Shown piece after piece: positions 22,370 to 32,900 of a stretch of DNA of 64,000 nt. The notes below the pieces were generated by a model. It did not search any database and was not told where the DNA came from. It saw nothing but the letters and a program-made list of their open reading frames with translations. The DNA comes from Escherichia coli (GTDB lineage Bacteria > Pseudomonadota > Gammaproteobacteria > Enterobacterales > Enterobacteriaceae), in NCBI RefSeq assembly GCF_046105845.1, contig NZ_CP151004.1. The stretch is one strand, 5' to 3'. Numbering within the stretch: position 1 is the stretch's first letter; each line of letters begins with the position of its first letter. Both the position numbers and the translations under genes were made by a program.

Positions 22370-23230
22370 TTATTCTCGCGAAATACCATCCAACGTAGAC
22401 AACACTTCCTCAGAAAGATGCAATTTTTCAGCAGCCATATTCTCCCGTAAATGCGCAACAGAAGACGTCCCTGGGATCAGCAAAATATTCGGTGAACGTT
22501 GTAACAGCCACGCCAGCGCCACCTGCATTGGTGTTGCACCCAGGCTCGCAGCAACATCGGAAAGCGTGGAAGATTGCAGCGGCGTAAAGCCCCCGAGCGG
22601 AAAGAACGGCACGTAGGCAATGCCATCGCGGGCCAAATCATCAATCATTGCGTCATCAGCACGATGAGCAATGTTGTATTCGTTCTGCACACAGACGATT
22701 TCGGTAATCTTACGCGCCTCTGCAACCTGCGTCGGTGTGACGTTGCTCAGGCCAATATGTTTTACCAGGCCTTGTTGTTGCATCTCTGCCAGCACGGTCA
22801 GGCTGGCTTCAATCGATCCTTCCGCCGGGCCATGACCATCCCCCATCATGACGCGCAGGTTAACCACATCCAGTACGTCCAGACCGAGATTACGTAGATT
22901 ATCGTGCACCGCTTTTTGCAGCTCTGCCGGAGAAAATGCGGGCAACCAGGAAGCGTCCTCTCCACGCCGCGCACCAATTTTAGTGACAATTGTCAGGTCG
23001 TCAGAGTAAGGATGTAGCGCTTCGCGGATAATCTGATTGGTGACGTGCGGACCATAAAAGTCGCTGGTATCAATATGATTGACGCCCAATGCCAGCGCCT
23101 CGCGCAGCACGGTTATAGCAACGTGGCGATCTCTTGGGGGGCCAAAAACCCCAGGGCCTGCCAGTTGCATCGCGCCATAACCAAGACGGTTAACGGATTT
23201 TGTACCGAGAGTAAATGTGTTGCTGCTCAT
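22370..23230 (-). CDS. ydbC: Aldo-keto reductase family oxidoreductase YdbC
   Basis: 286-aa ORF with AKR fold signatures; matches remembered YdbC. Confidence 0.88.
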   Translation of the reverse strand: MSSNTFTLGTKSVNRLGYGAMQLAGPGVFGPPRDRHVAITVLREALALGVNHIDTSDFYGPHVTNQIIREALHPYSDDLTIVTKIGARRGEDASWLPAFSPAELQKAVHDNLRNLGLDVLDVVNLRVMMGDGHGPAEGSIEASLTVLAEMQQQGLVKHIGLSNVTPTQVAEARKITEIVCVQNEYNIAHRADDAMIDDLARDGIAYVPFFPLGGFTPLQSSTLSDVAASLGATPMQVALAWLLQRSPNILLIPGTSSVAHLRENMAAEKLHLSEEVLSTLDGISRE

Positions 23231-23385
23231 CGCACCCTGCCCTGTAGTAAAACGGATTAAGAAAAATCAGTATAGAAACGAAAAGAGATAAATAATGCGA
23301 AGGCGTAAACAAGATTACTGGATGAGTTGCTCTATTGTCCTTGAAGACACCAAACCAAAACGCCTAAAGCATCGCATCCGGCAAT

Positions 23386-23416
23386 AAAAAACCGCAACCT
23401 GTATCAGCGTTGCGGT
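23386..23416 (-). terminator. Rho-independent terminator downstream of paaY (accgcaac...gttgcggt + T-run on minus strand)
   Basis: 8-bp stem with A5 on plus strand; adjacent partial REP-like motif gcatcgcatccggcaa. Confidence 0.6.
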
Positions 23417-23460
23417 TTGTGTATCACATGCTAAAAATTAGAACGTCCAGCATCAGGACG

Positions 23461-24051
23461 TTACTGTTTCGGTCGCAGATTCTCATCAAATACCAGGCGT
23501 TTCCTGCCAGGTTCAACTTCCCGCAATGGCTCGACTTGATGTAACGTCTGCTTACAGCGTGTCACCAGCACCTGGTACTCATGCGTACCCTGCTTTTTCC
23601 ATGCCAACTCCTGCTCACTGAGTTCACGAATCGCTTTCGCCGGGCTGCCGACAATCAGGTAATTAGCTGGCATTTCTGCTTTGGCTTTCACAAATGCGGA
23701 TGCGCCAACAATGCTGTTCTCGCCAATCACCGCACCGTCTATCACTACCGCGTTCATTCCCACTAATGCATTGCGGCGGATAATGCAGCCGTGAAGGATA
23801 GCGCTATGACCAATATGTCCATCTTCTTCCACGACAGTATCCTGCTCGGGAAAACCGTGCATAACGCAATTATCCTGAATGTTCGCGCCATTTTTCACCA
23901 CGATACGATCAAAATCGCCACGCAGGCTGGCATTTGGCCCAACGTAAACGCCCTTGCCGAGAATAACATCGCCGATCAATACCGCTGTCGGATGAACAAA
24001 ACTCTCTTGTGGTACAACCGGAGTCAGACCGTCTATCTGATAAATTGGCAT
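23461..24051 (-). CDS. paaY: PaaY-like hexapeptide-repeat acyltransferase/thioesterase, intact but lacking the rest of the paa cluster
   Basis: 196-aa [37 protein letters not shown]... with left-handed beta-helix repeats; matches PaaY. Confidence 0.85.
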   Translation of the reverse strand: MPIYQIDGLTPVVPQESFVHPTAVLIGDVILGKGVYVGPNASLRGDFDRIVVKNGANIQDNCVMHGFPEQDTVVEEDGHIGHSAILHGCIIRRNALVGMNAVVIDGAVIGENSIVGASAFVKAKAEMPANYLIVGSPAKAIRELSEQELAWKKQGTHEYQVLVTRCKQTLHQVEPLREVEPGRKRLVFDENLRPKQ

Positions 24052-24158
24052 AACGCCTCCTGTTCAATATTCAAGCCGCCAAAACGTTGAAAATACAGGC
24101 TTCCCGGCGCAGGCAATTCACCGACCGAGGTTTCACCTTTTTCACTAACGAACGCTAA
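24033..24158 (-). pseudogene. paaX: 3'-terminal remnant of paaX (about 40 C-terminal codons), 5' part deleted
   Basis: Minus-strand frame ends 19 nt inside paaY as expected for paaX; N-terminal part of the 97-aa ORF is antisense to the feaR remnant, so only about 24033-24158 is likely paaX-derived; junction position approximate. Confidence 0.45.
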
Positions 24159-24392
24159 AGCAGCAGGCGCTACGCGCTGATAAAGTTTGCCGATAAAGGT
24201 TTGGTAGTCGCGCAATATATCCGTAACCGTCGTCTCGATTTTTGTGCAGATGCGATTCGCCATGCCGCAGATGATGAAAAACTGGCAGGCATTGGCTTTC
24301 ATTGGGGATTTTCCGACCAGAGTCATTTTTCAACGGTATTTAAGCAACGCTTTGGGATGACGCCAGGCGAGTATCGACGTAAATTCCGCTAA
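24159..24392 (+). pseudogene. feaR: 3'-terminal remnant of feaR (AraC-family C-terminal HTH region), 5' part deleted
   Basis: Plus frame ...YALIKFADKGLVVAQYIRNRRLDFCADAIRHAADDEKLAGIGFHWGFSDQSHFSTVFKQRFGMTPGEYRRKFR* is a typical AraC/XylS second HTH; in-frame stop at 24156-24158; convergent with ydbL as feaR is in K-12. Confidence 0.5.
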
Positions 24393-24428
24393 CTAATTCG
24401 CGTTGCATGTACAGCAACGCGAATTAGT
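24391..24428. terminator. Perfect 16-bp inverted repeat (aactaattcgcgttgc-atgtac-gcaacgcgaattagtt) between feaR remnant and ydbL
   Basis: Seen directly; lies at the convergent 3' ends; no strong T-run, so could be a bidirectional terminator or a protein-binding palindrome. Confidence 0.5.
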
Positions 24429-24563
24429 TAAAACAGATATTTGACTATGCATTTTTCAGGGCGAAAGGCAATTTGACAGGAATTTTTGAATATTCACCTT
24501 GTTTCCGGAAAATAGAATAATCGCCTTCTCCTGTAGCGTTATCCCGATATTGCGGTTTTGCTA

Positions 24564-24890
24564 TTAAAATTTTCGCACCCATTTACCGTTTATCCCTTGT
24601 ACATATTCCCCCGGTTTAGCCCGAGCTACGAGCTTTTGCCCGGCGAGTTTCGCGATATCATCTACCGAGACATTATTTTGCTTTGCCAGTTGTTGGTAAC
24701 TCGCTTTACGTTCGGCATTAATGTCGTTTACTAATTTCTCTGTTTCAGCATCTGTTTTCAGCGCAACCAGATAACCATAAAATGTTTCCCCTACCCGCCC
24801 CTGAGTTCTGGCTTCATCCAGAGTCAATGCCATTACATTGCTGCTTACCAGCCCAACAAGAAACGCACAAAGAAGTAATGTTTTCTTCAT
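24564..24890 (-). CDS. ydbL: DUF1318-family periplasmic protein YdbL
   Basis: Start trimmed to MKKTLLLCAFLVGLVSSNVMA (signal peptide), 108 aa. Confidence 0.85.
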   Translation of the reverse strand: MKKTLLLCAFLVGLVSSNVMALTLDEARTQGRVGETFYGYLVALKTDAETEKLVNDINAERKASYQQLAKQNNVSVDDIAKLAGQKLVARAKPGEYVQGINGKWVRKF

Positions 24891-24897
24891 CATCGCC

Positions 24898-25083
24898 TCA
24901 AAAAAGATCGCTACGAGTCTCAAGCAGCTCTTCGACATCTTTGTCTGCCTTGATGATGATCTCATGCTCAATTTTAACGTTCATATTGATAGTGATTGGT
25001 TCCTTAGGTGCAGCGACTTCAATGCGAGGCGTACAGCCAACCAGCATAAAAGATGACGTCAACGCAGCCAGTAAAATTTTCAT
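24898..25083 (-). CDS. ynbE: Small lipoprotein YnbE
   Basis: 61-aa ORF with lipobox (LVGCT); overlaps ydbH stop (coupled). Confidence 0.85.
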   Translation of the reverse strand: MKILLAALTSSFMLVGCTPRIEVAAPKEPITINMNVKIEHEIIIKADKDVEELLETRSDLF

Positions 25084-27719
25084 TGTTTTTCCTCACACTC
25101 TTTTCCTTGCGGACAGTCATTTCCCGGCAGACGTGCGTTCTGCTCCAACCATGCCTGGAGATTATCGCCAAAGCGTAAACTGCGCCACAGCGTAAAAATA
25201 TTCTCTTCGTGATGGTAATTAAGGTTTACCGTACCGCTTTTACCATCAACGCGACTGGTACCTGTAATGTTGGCCTGCATGGTTAATAAACCGAGATTAT
25301 CTAAGTTAATTTTTGTCGATGAACGGCTAATTTCCATATAGCGCAACCAGTTAATTGCTGAACCCGCAGTCATATTGTCTTTTACCACCGCATCAGCAGT
25401 GTCTTTATCCAGCCGCAAGGTCATTGGCCCGCTATTTGCCAGCCAACCATCTTTCACTATCCATTTTTCGTTGTTTAGCCATAACGGCAATGCACCACTA
25501 AATGCCCCGGACATGGCGAATTGTTTCGGATTGACGGCGCTAACCAGTTCGCTGGATGAGAGATTATTCAGCCGCAACAGCGCCGGGTCATGTTGCGGCA
25601 TACGTAATTGTTTCATCAGCACGTTACCGCCTAACACATCGACGCTAACATCAGTCAACAGCAATGGTTCTTCTTCAGTCCACGGATAACGCCCTTGCAA
25701 ATCAGCCGTAATATTTTTCGCTGTCACCAGATTAATCACTTCGGCAATTCGCAACGTAACGGGGCCGCGAGTCCCCAGATGCCAGGCTCCATCGGCAAAA
25801 CGGAAAGGCAGGACAAAATCGACACCGTTAACCTGATTATCTGGCATCCAGGCACTACCGCCTTTCAACACACCGTGCCCTCCCGCGCGGAATCCTTGTT
25901 CAGGCGCAGCAGAAAATGCAACCTGGGCATACAGTTCGCCATCGCGTAAGTTCATCTTCCAGTCGGGTGGCACCAGCGGCTGGAATACAGTTAGTGATTG
26001 TTTAGGCCACCAGGCGTTACCGCGCAGACGAATACCGTCCCAGCGACCATTTACCCGAACCGGGCCAATCTCACCAGCATGTAAATCGCCTTTAAAGAGG
26101 AAATACGTCGGATCGCGTCCATCGACGCTAAATTTTAAGGTTGATGGCGGTAACACACTGCCGCCAGTGAACAGCGTTTGCCCGGCGTCCAGTGACAGCG
26201 CGCCGCTAAAGGAGGGATGCTGTGCGTCACGTACCCAGACGACGGGCTTATCGAGAATTAGTCGCGGCTTTTCTACCGTCATCGTACCGTATTGTAACTG
26301 GTCGAAACCGGTGGAGAGATCGGTCAGCGTAATCGTGCTGTCATGCCACTCACCCTTTCCTGCGACATCCCAGGTGGCATTCATCGGTGTAAAACTGCCT
26401 TTTCCCCAGTAGCGCCACTGCCAGCGGCCAGCGTCAGGGAGAAAATCATTCGCCAGTCCATCCATATGCAGCACGAAATCGCCCAGTTCATTTTCATGCG
26501 CCTGCAAAATGGCCTGCAAACGTCCGTCAACACCACGTTGGGTGACTTTTACACCCGCTAAAGGCCAGCGGATTTCATCGATGTCCAGCGAATCGATGAC
26601 TCTTCCCTTCGAACGTAATAACGCGCCTGGCTCAAAGGCCAGCGTTGGGTCAGTCAGACTTCCGCTTAGCTGCGCAGGTAAACGGGCATATAAAATGAGG
26701 TCCGCCTGTTTCGCTTCACCGGTCAGTTGCATAGGCAGCTGGCTGTTATCCATGCTTAATTTTCCAGGGCCAAAATTAAGCACCGCGTTGCCCTTACCCG
26801 CTTGCCCCTGGGTCAGCACACTCAGTCGTCCGCTGACCAGAGCGTTCTCGAGCCCTGCCTGCCAGTTGTCGACTTTGACACCCAGTCGGCCACTCAAAGG
26901 AAAACCTGCATACGGCCAGCTCCAGCGACCATCGCTTACGGTCAATTGTTGACGAGTAATTTGCCACGGCAGATCGAGCAACGGATCACCGTTATCCTGT
27001 GCCAGCACAATCAATTGCCCGCTATTTTCCTGCCAGTCCAGCTCGGCATCCACCAGTGAAGGCTCCTGCGGCAAGTTTAACGTCGCAGTAGCATGACCAC
27101 TTACAGGAAGTCCATCCGGCACGAGCGGCATAGTAAATTCCCCCACCAGTTTAACCGGCGGCTGATTTTCAAACGCGACGACATCCAGTTCGCTGACTGT
27201 AAGTTGTTGCCCTTTCAGCTGGCCTTGAAATTTAACTTTTTCGCCCTGATAACGCAGTTGCTGGATATCAGAGGTTAACGCGAGAGAGAGTTTTCCCTGC
27301 CACTCCTGCCAGGGAGAAAAAATCAGTTTATCGATATTGATCCAGGTGTTAGGCAACATGGCCTGCCACTGCGCGAGGGTTTTTGGAGCGGCAGGCGATT
27401 GCTCCGTCTGCGGCAATTTCGCCAGACAAGCAGAATCAAGTTCTACCGTGCCGACGTTCAATAACCAGCGGCTGGGATGTGAAAGGCTGGCGTTGGTGAT
27501 ATGCGCAAGCTGACAATCTCCCACCAGATAACGGAGATCGGGGATGATTAAACCTTTACGCGTAATACGTGGGCTTTCATCTAATGCAATACGTGTCCCG
27601 AGCGGTAGCCAGATGCCCGCCAGCGTGGGAACCCACAAGCCGAGCGTCATCAGCAGCGTCAACGGCACAAGAATAATCAGTAATAACAGCGCGAGAACGG
27701 CTTTATTTTTACCCAGCAT
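25080..27719 (-). CDS. ydbH: Large AsmA-like/DUF748 envelope protein YdbH
   Basis: 879-aa ORF with N-terminal TM anchor; length identical to K-12 YdbH; ydbH-ynbE-ydbL operon. Confidence 0.9.
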   Translation of the reverse strand: MLGKNKAVLALLLLIILVPLTLLMTLGLWVPTLAGIWLPLGTRIALDESPRITRKGLIIPDLRYLVGDCQLAHITNASLSHPSRWLLNVGTVELDSACLAKLPQTEQSPAAPKTLAQWQAMLPNTWINIDKLIFSPWQEWQGKLSLALTSDIQQLRYQGEKVKFQGQLKGQQLTVSELDVVAFENQPPVKLVGEFTMPLVPDGLPVSGHATATLNLPQEPSLVDAELDWQENSGQLIVLAQDNGDPLLDLPWQITRQQLTVSDGRWSWPYAGFPLSGRLGVKVDNWQAGLENALVSGRLSVLTQGQAGKGNAVLNFGPGKLSMDNSQLPMQLTGEAKQADLILYARLPAQLSGSLTDPTLAFEPGALLRSKGRVIDSLDIDEIRWPLAGVKVTQRGVDGRLQAILQAHENELGDFVLHMDGLANDFLPDAGRWQWRYWGKGSFTPMNATWDVAGKGEWHDSTITLTDLSTGFDQLQYGTMTVEKPRLILDKPVVWVRDAQHPSFSGALSLDAGQTLFTGGSVLPPSTLKFSVDGRDPTYFLFKGDLHAGEIGPVRVNGRWDGIRLRGNAWWPKQSLTVFQPLVPPDWKMNLRDGELYAQVAFSAAPEQGFRAGGHGVLKGGSAWMPDNQVNGVDFVLPFRFADGAWHLGTRGPVTLRIAEVINLVTAKNITADLQGRYPWTEEEPLLLTDVSVDVLGGNVLMKQLRMPQHDPALLRLNNLSSSELVSAVNPKQFAMSGAFSGALPLWLNNEKWIVKDGWLANSGPMTLRLDKDTADAVVKDNMTAGSAINWLRYMEISRSSTKINLDNLGLLTMQANITGTSRVDGKSGTVNLNYHHEENIFTLWRSLRFGDNLQAWLEQNARLPGNDCPQGKECEEKQ

Positions 27720-27926
27720 GGGTAGTTAATATCCTGATTTAGCGAAAAATTAAGCATTCAATACGGGTATTGTGGCATGTTTAACCGTTCAGTTGAAGGT
27801 TGCGCCTACACTAAGCATAGTTGTTGATGAATTTTTCAATATCGCCATAGCTTTCAATTATATTTGAAATTTTGTAAAATATTTTTAGTAGCTTAAATGT
27901 GATTCAACATCACTGGAGAAAGTCTT

Positions 27927-28916
27927 ATGAAACTCGCCGTTTATAGCACAAAACAGTACGACAAGAAGTACCTGCAACAGGTGAACGAGTCCTTTGGCTT
28001 TGAGCTGGAATTTTTTGACTTTCTGCTGACGGAAAAAACCGCTAAAACTGCCAATGGCTGCGAAGCGGTATGTATTTTCGTAAACGATGACGGCAGCCGC
28101 CCGGTGCTGGAAGAGCTGAAAAAGCACGGCGTTAAATATATCGCCCTGCGCTGTGCCGGTTTCAATAACGTCGACCTTGACGCGGCAAAAGAACTGGGGC
28201 TGAAAGTAGTCCGTGTTCCAGCCTATGATCCAGAAGCCGTTGCTGAACACGCCATCGGTATGATGATGACGCTGAACCGCCGTATTCATCGCGCGTATCA
28301 GCGTACTCGTGACGCCAACTTCTCTCTGGAAGGTCTGACCGGCTTTACTATGTATGGCAAAACGGCAGGCGTTATCGGTACCGGTAAAATCGGTGTGGCG
28401 ATGCTGCGCATTCTGAAAGGTTTTGGTATGCGTCTGCTGGCGTTCGATCCGTATCCAAGTGCGGCGGCACTGGAACTCGGTGTGGAGTATGTCGATCTGC
28501 CAACCCTGTTCTCTGAATCAGACGTTATCTCTCTGCACTGCCCGCTGACACCGGAAAACTACCATCTGTTGAACGAAGCCGCCTTCGATCAGATGAAAAA
28601 TGGCGTGATGATCGTCAATACCAGTCGCGGTGCATTGATTGATTCTCAGGCGGCAATTGAAGCGCTGAAAAATCAGAAAATTGGTTCGTTGGGTATGGAC
28701 GTGTATGAGAACGAACGCGATCTGTTCTTTGAAGACAAATCCAACGACGTGATCCAGGATGACGTGTTCCGTCGTCTGTCTGCCTGCCACAACGTGCTGT
28801 TTACCGGGCACCAGGCATTCCTGACAGCAGAAGCACTGACCAGTATTTCTCAGACTACGCTGCAAAACTTAAGCAATCTGGAAAAAGGCGAAACCTGCCC
28901 GAACGAACTGGTTTAA
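27927..28916 (+). CDS. ldhA: Fermentative D-lactate dehydrogenase LdhA (NAD-dependent 2-hydroxyacid dehydrogenase)
   Basis: 329-aa ORF MKLAVYSTKQYDKKYLQQVNE..., NAD-binding GxGxxG (GVIGTGKIG). Confidence 0.95.
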   Translation: MKLAVYSTKQYDKKYLQQVNESFGFELEFFDFLLTEKTAKTANGCEAVCIFVNDDGSRPVLEELKKHGVKYIALRCAGFNNVDLDAAKELGLKVVRVPAYDPEAVAEHAIGMMMTLNRRIHRAYQRTRDANFSLEGLTGFTMYGKTAGVIGTGKIGVAMLRILKGFGMRLLAFDPYPSAAALELGVEYVDLPTLFSESDVISLHCPLTPENYHLLNEAAFDQMKNGVMIVNTSRGALIDSQAAIEALKNQKIGSLGMDVYENERDLFFEDKSNDVIQDDVFRRLSACHNVLFTGHQAFLTAEALTSISQTTLQNLSNLEKGETCPNELV

Positions 28917-28923
28917 TCTTGCC

Positions 28924-28948
28924 GCTCCCCTGCATTCCAGGGGAGCTT
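28924..28948 (+). terminator. Hairpin after ldhA (gctcccctg-cattc-caggggagc)
   Basis: 9-bp stem immediately after stop; T-run weak. Confidence 0.5.
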
Positions 28949-29026
28949 ATTCAGATAATCCCCAAAGACCTTTCATCCTCTATTCTTAAAATAGTCCTGA
29001 GTCAGAAACTGTAATTGAGAACCACA

Positions 29027-29449
29027 ATGAAGAAAGTAGCCGCGCTCGTTGCGCTAAGCCTGCTGATGGCGGGATGTGTAAGTAATGACAAAATTGCTGT
29101 AACCCCAGAGCAGCTACAGCATCATCGCTTTGTGCTGGAAAGCGTAAACGGTAAGCCCGTGACCAGCGATAAAAATCCGCCAGAAATCAGCTTTGGTGAA
29201 AAGATGATGATTTCCGGCAGCATGTGTAACCGCTTTAGCGGTGAAGGCAAACTGTCTAATGGTGAACTGACAGCCAAAGGGCTGGCAATGACCCGTATGA
29301 TGTGCGCTAACCCGCAGCTTAATGAACTCGATAACACCATTAGCGAAATGCTGAAAGAAGGTGCACAAGTGGATCTGACCGCGAACCAGTTAACGCTGGC
29401 GACCGCGAAACAGACATTAACTTATAAGCTAGCGGATTTAATGAATTAA
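29027..29449 (+). CDS. hslJ: Heat-shock lipoprotein HslJ (META domain)
   Basis: Start trimmed to MKKVAALVALSLLMAGCVSN (lipobox), 140 aa. Confidence 0.9.
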   Translation: MKKVAALVALSLLMAGCVSNDKIAVTPEQLQHHRFVLESVNGKPVTSDKNPPEISFGEKMMISGSMCNRFSGEGKLSNGELTAKGLAMTRMMCANPQLNELDNTISEMLKEGAQVDLTANQLTLATAKQTLTYKLADLMN

Positions 29450-29712
29450 TAGCTGCCACAGCTCCCGGCGGCAAGTGACTGTTCGCTACAGCGTTTGCCG
29501 TTGGGTAATGCACACATCCCAATCGCCGTACCATCCAGTTGACGGGCAACAGAAAGCGAACCGCCGATCATTGCACAATTTGCTTCTCCACTACTGGACA
29601 TCGACGCTTTTAAACCTGGCGCTACGTGCGCCGCAGTCGCCTGCTGAACAGGTTCACTACTACACGCCGACAACAATAAAGCGGCACACCCTACCCAAAA
29701 CGCTGCTCGCAT
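29446..29712 (-). CDS. ydbJ: DUF333-family small secreted protein YdbJ
   Basis: 88-aa ORF with signal peptide/lipobox (LLSACSS); K-12 synteny. Confidence 0.8.
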   Translation of the reverse strand: MRAAFWVGCAALLLSACSSEPVQQATAAHVAPGLKASMSSSGEANCAMIGGSLSVARQLDGTAIGMCALPNGKRCSEQSLAAGSCGSY

Positions 29713-29985
29713 CTTTTCTTCCTCTGATCTTCAAGCCAAACGACACCGCCATAAATAATAGGCAGCACAGAGGGCGACGTCGAGAGCTGTCCTGCGCGTT
29801 GCCCCGCATTTTTACTTTTTTATGGCTATTTTTTTGCCCTCTGTTTGATCAAAACATTCATTACGCTGATGTGGGGGACACAAAAGCGAAAATGCAGAAG
29901 AAAGCCATTTGCTAAAATTGAAAGATAACTACTGGGCGCGCAGCAATTTCGTGCGCCCCTCATTTGCGCAATGTAAGGGTGTCAT

Positions 29986-32900
29986 ATGATTACTATTGAC
30001 GGTAATGGCGCGGTTGCTTCGGTGGCGTTTCGCACCAGTGAAGTTATCGCCATCTACCCTATTACCCCCAGTTCCACGATGGCAGAACAGGCTGATGCAT
30101 GGGCAGGAAACGGCTTAAAGAACGTTTGGGGAGACACACCACGCGTGGTTGAAATGCAGTCGGAAGCGGGTGCTATCGCTACCGTGCATGGCGCTTTGCA
30201 GACGGGTGCCCTTTCAACATCGTTTACGTCATCGCAGGGTTTGCTGCTGATGATCCCGACGCTGTACAAACTGGCAGGCGAACTGACGCCATTTGTCCTG
30301 CATGTAGCGGCACGTACCGTTGCCACACATGCACTCTCTATTTTTGGCGATCATTCCGACGTTATGGCGGTGCGCCAGACGGGTTGCGCGATGTTGTGTG
30401 CAGCAAACGTCCAGGAAGCGCAAGACTTTGCTCTTATTTCGCACATCGCGACGCTGAAGAGTCGCGTGCCATTTATTCATTTCTTTGATGGTTTCCGCAC
30501 GTCCCACGAGATCAATAAAATTGTCCCGCTGGCCGATGACACTATTCTTGAACTGATGCCGCAGGCCGAAATTGATGCTCATCGCGCCCGGGCACTCAAC
30601 CCGGAACATCCGGTGATCCGCGGTACGTCCGCCAATCCTGATACTTATTTCCAGTCTCGCGAAGCCACCAACCCATGGTACAACGCGGTCTATGACCATG
30701 TTGAGCAGGCGATGAATGATTTCGCTGCCGCGACAGGTCGTCAGTATCAGCCGTTTGAGTATTACGGGCATTCGCAAGCGGAACGGGTGATTATCCTGAT
30801 GGGCTCTGCCATTGGTACCTGTGAAGAAGTGGTTGATGAACTGCTAACCCGTGGCGAAAAAGTCGGCGTGCTGAAAGTTCGCCTGTACCGTCCCTTCTCC
30901 GCCAAACACTTGCTACAAGCTCTGCCGGGATCCGTACGCAGCGTGGCGGTACTGGACAGAACCAAAGAACCAGGTGCCCAGGCAGAACCGCTCTATCTGG
31001 ATGTGATGACCGCACTGGCAGAAGCCTTTAATAATGGCGAGCGCGAAACCCTGCCCCGTGTCATTGGTGGGCGCTATGGTCTTTCATCCAAAGAATTTGG
31101 CCCGGACTGTGTACTGGCGGTATTTGCCGAGCTCAACGCGGCTAAACCGAAAGCGCGCTTTACGGTTGGTATTTACGATGATGTGACCAATCTGTCACTG
31201 CCGTTGCCGGAAAACACCCTGCCAAACTCGGCGAAACTGGAAGCCTTGTTTTATGGCCTTGGCAGTGATGGCAGCGTTTCCGCGACCAAAAACAATATCA
31301 AGATTATCGGTAATTCCACGCCGTGGTACGCACAGGGCTATTTTGTTTACGACTCCAAAAAGGCGGGCGGCCTGACGGTTTCTCACCTTCGCGTGAGCGA
31401 GCAGCCGATTCGTTCCGCTTATCTCATTTCCCAGGCTGATTTTGTTGGCTGCCACCAGTTGCAGTTTATCGATAAATATCAGATGGTTGAACGTTTAAAA
31501 CCTGGCGGCATTTTCCTGCTCAACACGCCGTACAGCGTAGATGAAGTGTGGTCGCGCTTGCCGCAGGAAGTTCAGGCCGTGTTAAACCAGAAAAAAGCGC
31601 GCTTCTATGTGATTAACGCGGCGAAAATCGCCCGCGAATGTGGCCTGGCGGCCCGTATTAATACCGTCATGCAGATGGCTTTTTTCCATCTGACGCAAAT
31701 TCTGCCTGGCGATAGCGCCCTCGCAGAATTGCAGGGTGCGATTGCCAAAAGTTACAGTAGCAAAGGTCAGGATCTGGTGGAGCGCAACTGGCAGGCTCTG
31801 GCGCTGGCGCGTGAATCCGTAGAAGAAGTTCTGTTGCAGCCGGTTAATCCGCACAGCGCCAATCGACCGCCTGTGGTTTCCGATGCCGCTCCTGATTTCG
31901 TGAAAACCGTTACCGCGGCGATGCTCGCCGGGCTTGGTGATGCCCTCCCCGTTTCGGCGCTGCCGCCAGACGGCACCTGGCCGATGGGCACCACGCGCTG
32001 GGAAAAACGCAATATCGCCGAAGAGATCCCCATCTGGAAAGAGGAACTCTGTACCCAATGTAACCACTGCGTCGCCGCTTGCCCACACTCAGCTATTCGC
32101 GCAAAAGTGGTGCCGCCTGAAGCGATGGAAAACTCCCCTGCCAGCCTGCATTCGCTGGATGTGAAATCGCGTGATATGCGCGGGCAGAAATATGTCTTGC
32201 AGGTGGCTCCGGAAGATTGCACCGGTTGTAACCTGTGCGTCGAAGTTTGCCCGGCGAAAGACCGTCAGAATCCAGAGATTAAAGCCATCAATATGATGTC
32301 GCGGCTGGAACATGTCGAAGAAGAGAAAATCAATTACGATTTCTTCCTCAACCTGCCAGAAATCGACCGTAGCAAACTGGAACGTATTGATATTCGTACA
32401 TCGCAGCTGATTACACCGCTGTTTGAATATTCCGGTGCTTGCTCCGGTTGTGGCGAGACGCCGTATATTAAATTGCTGACTCAGCTCTATGGCGACCGGA
32501 TGTTGATCGCTAACGCCACCGGCTGTTCTTCAATTTATGGCGGTAACCTGCCCTCTACACCGTATACCACCGATACCAACGGTCGCGGGCCGGCATGGGC
32601 GAACTCTCTATTTGAAGATAATGCCGAATTTGGCCTTGGTTTCCGCCTGACGGTCGATCAACACCGTGTCCGCGTGCTGCGTCTGCTGGATCAATTTGCC
32701 GATAAAATCCCGGCGGAATTACTGACTGCGTTGAAATCAGACGCCACGCCAGAGGTTCGTCGAGAACAGGTCGCAGCTTTACGCCAGCAACTCAACGATG
32801 TTGCCGAAGCACATGAACTGCTACGTGACGCAGATGCACTGGTGGAAAAATCGATCTGGCTGATTGGTGGCGATGGCTGGGCTTACGATATCGGCTTTGG

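Noticed and set aside
23294-23386. 30-codon ORF (MRRRKQDYWMSCSIVLEDTKPKRLKHRIRQ) between ydbC and paaY
   Set aside because: No Shine-Dalgarno; the 3' half is encoded by a REP-like sequence and terminator stem; I could not confirm that it corresponds to the K-12 small gene ynbG.
24033-24326. 97-aa minus-strand ORF treated as one intact gene
   Set aside because: Its first third is the antisense of the feaR-derived HTH coding sequence; only the distal part is plausibly paaX-derived, so it is a chimeric artefact of the deletion junction, not a gene.
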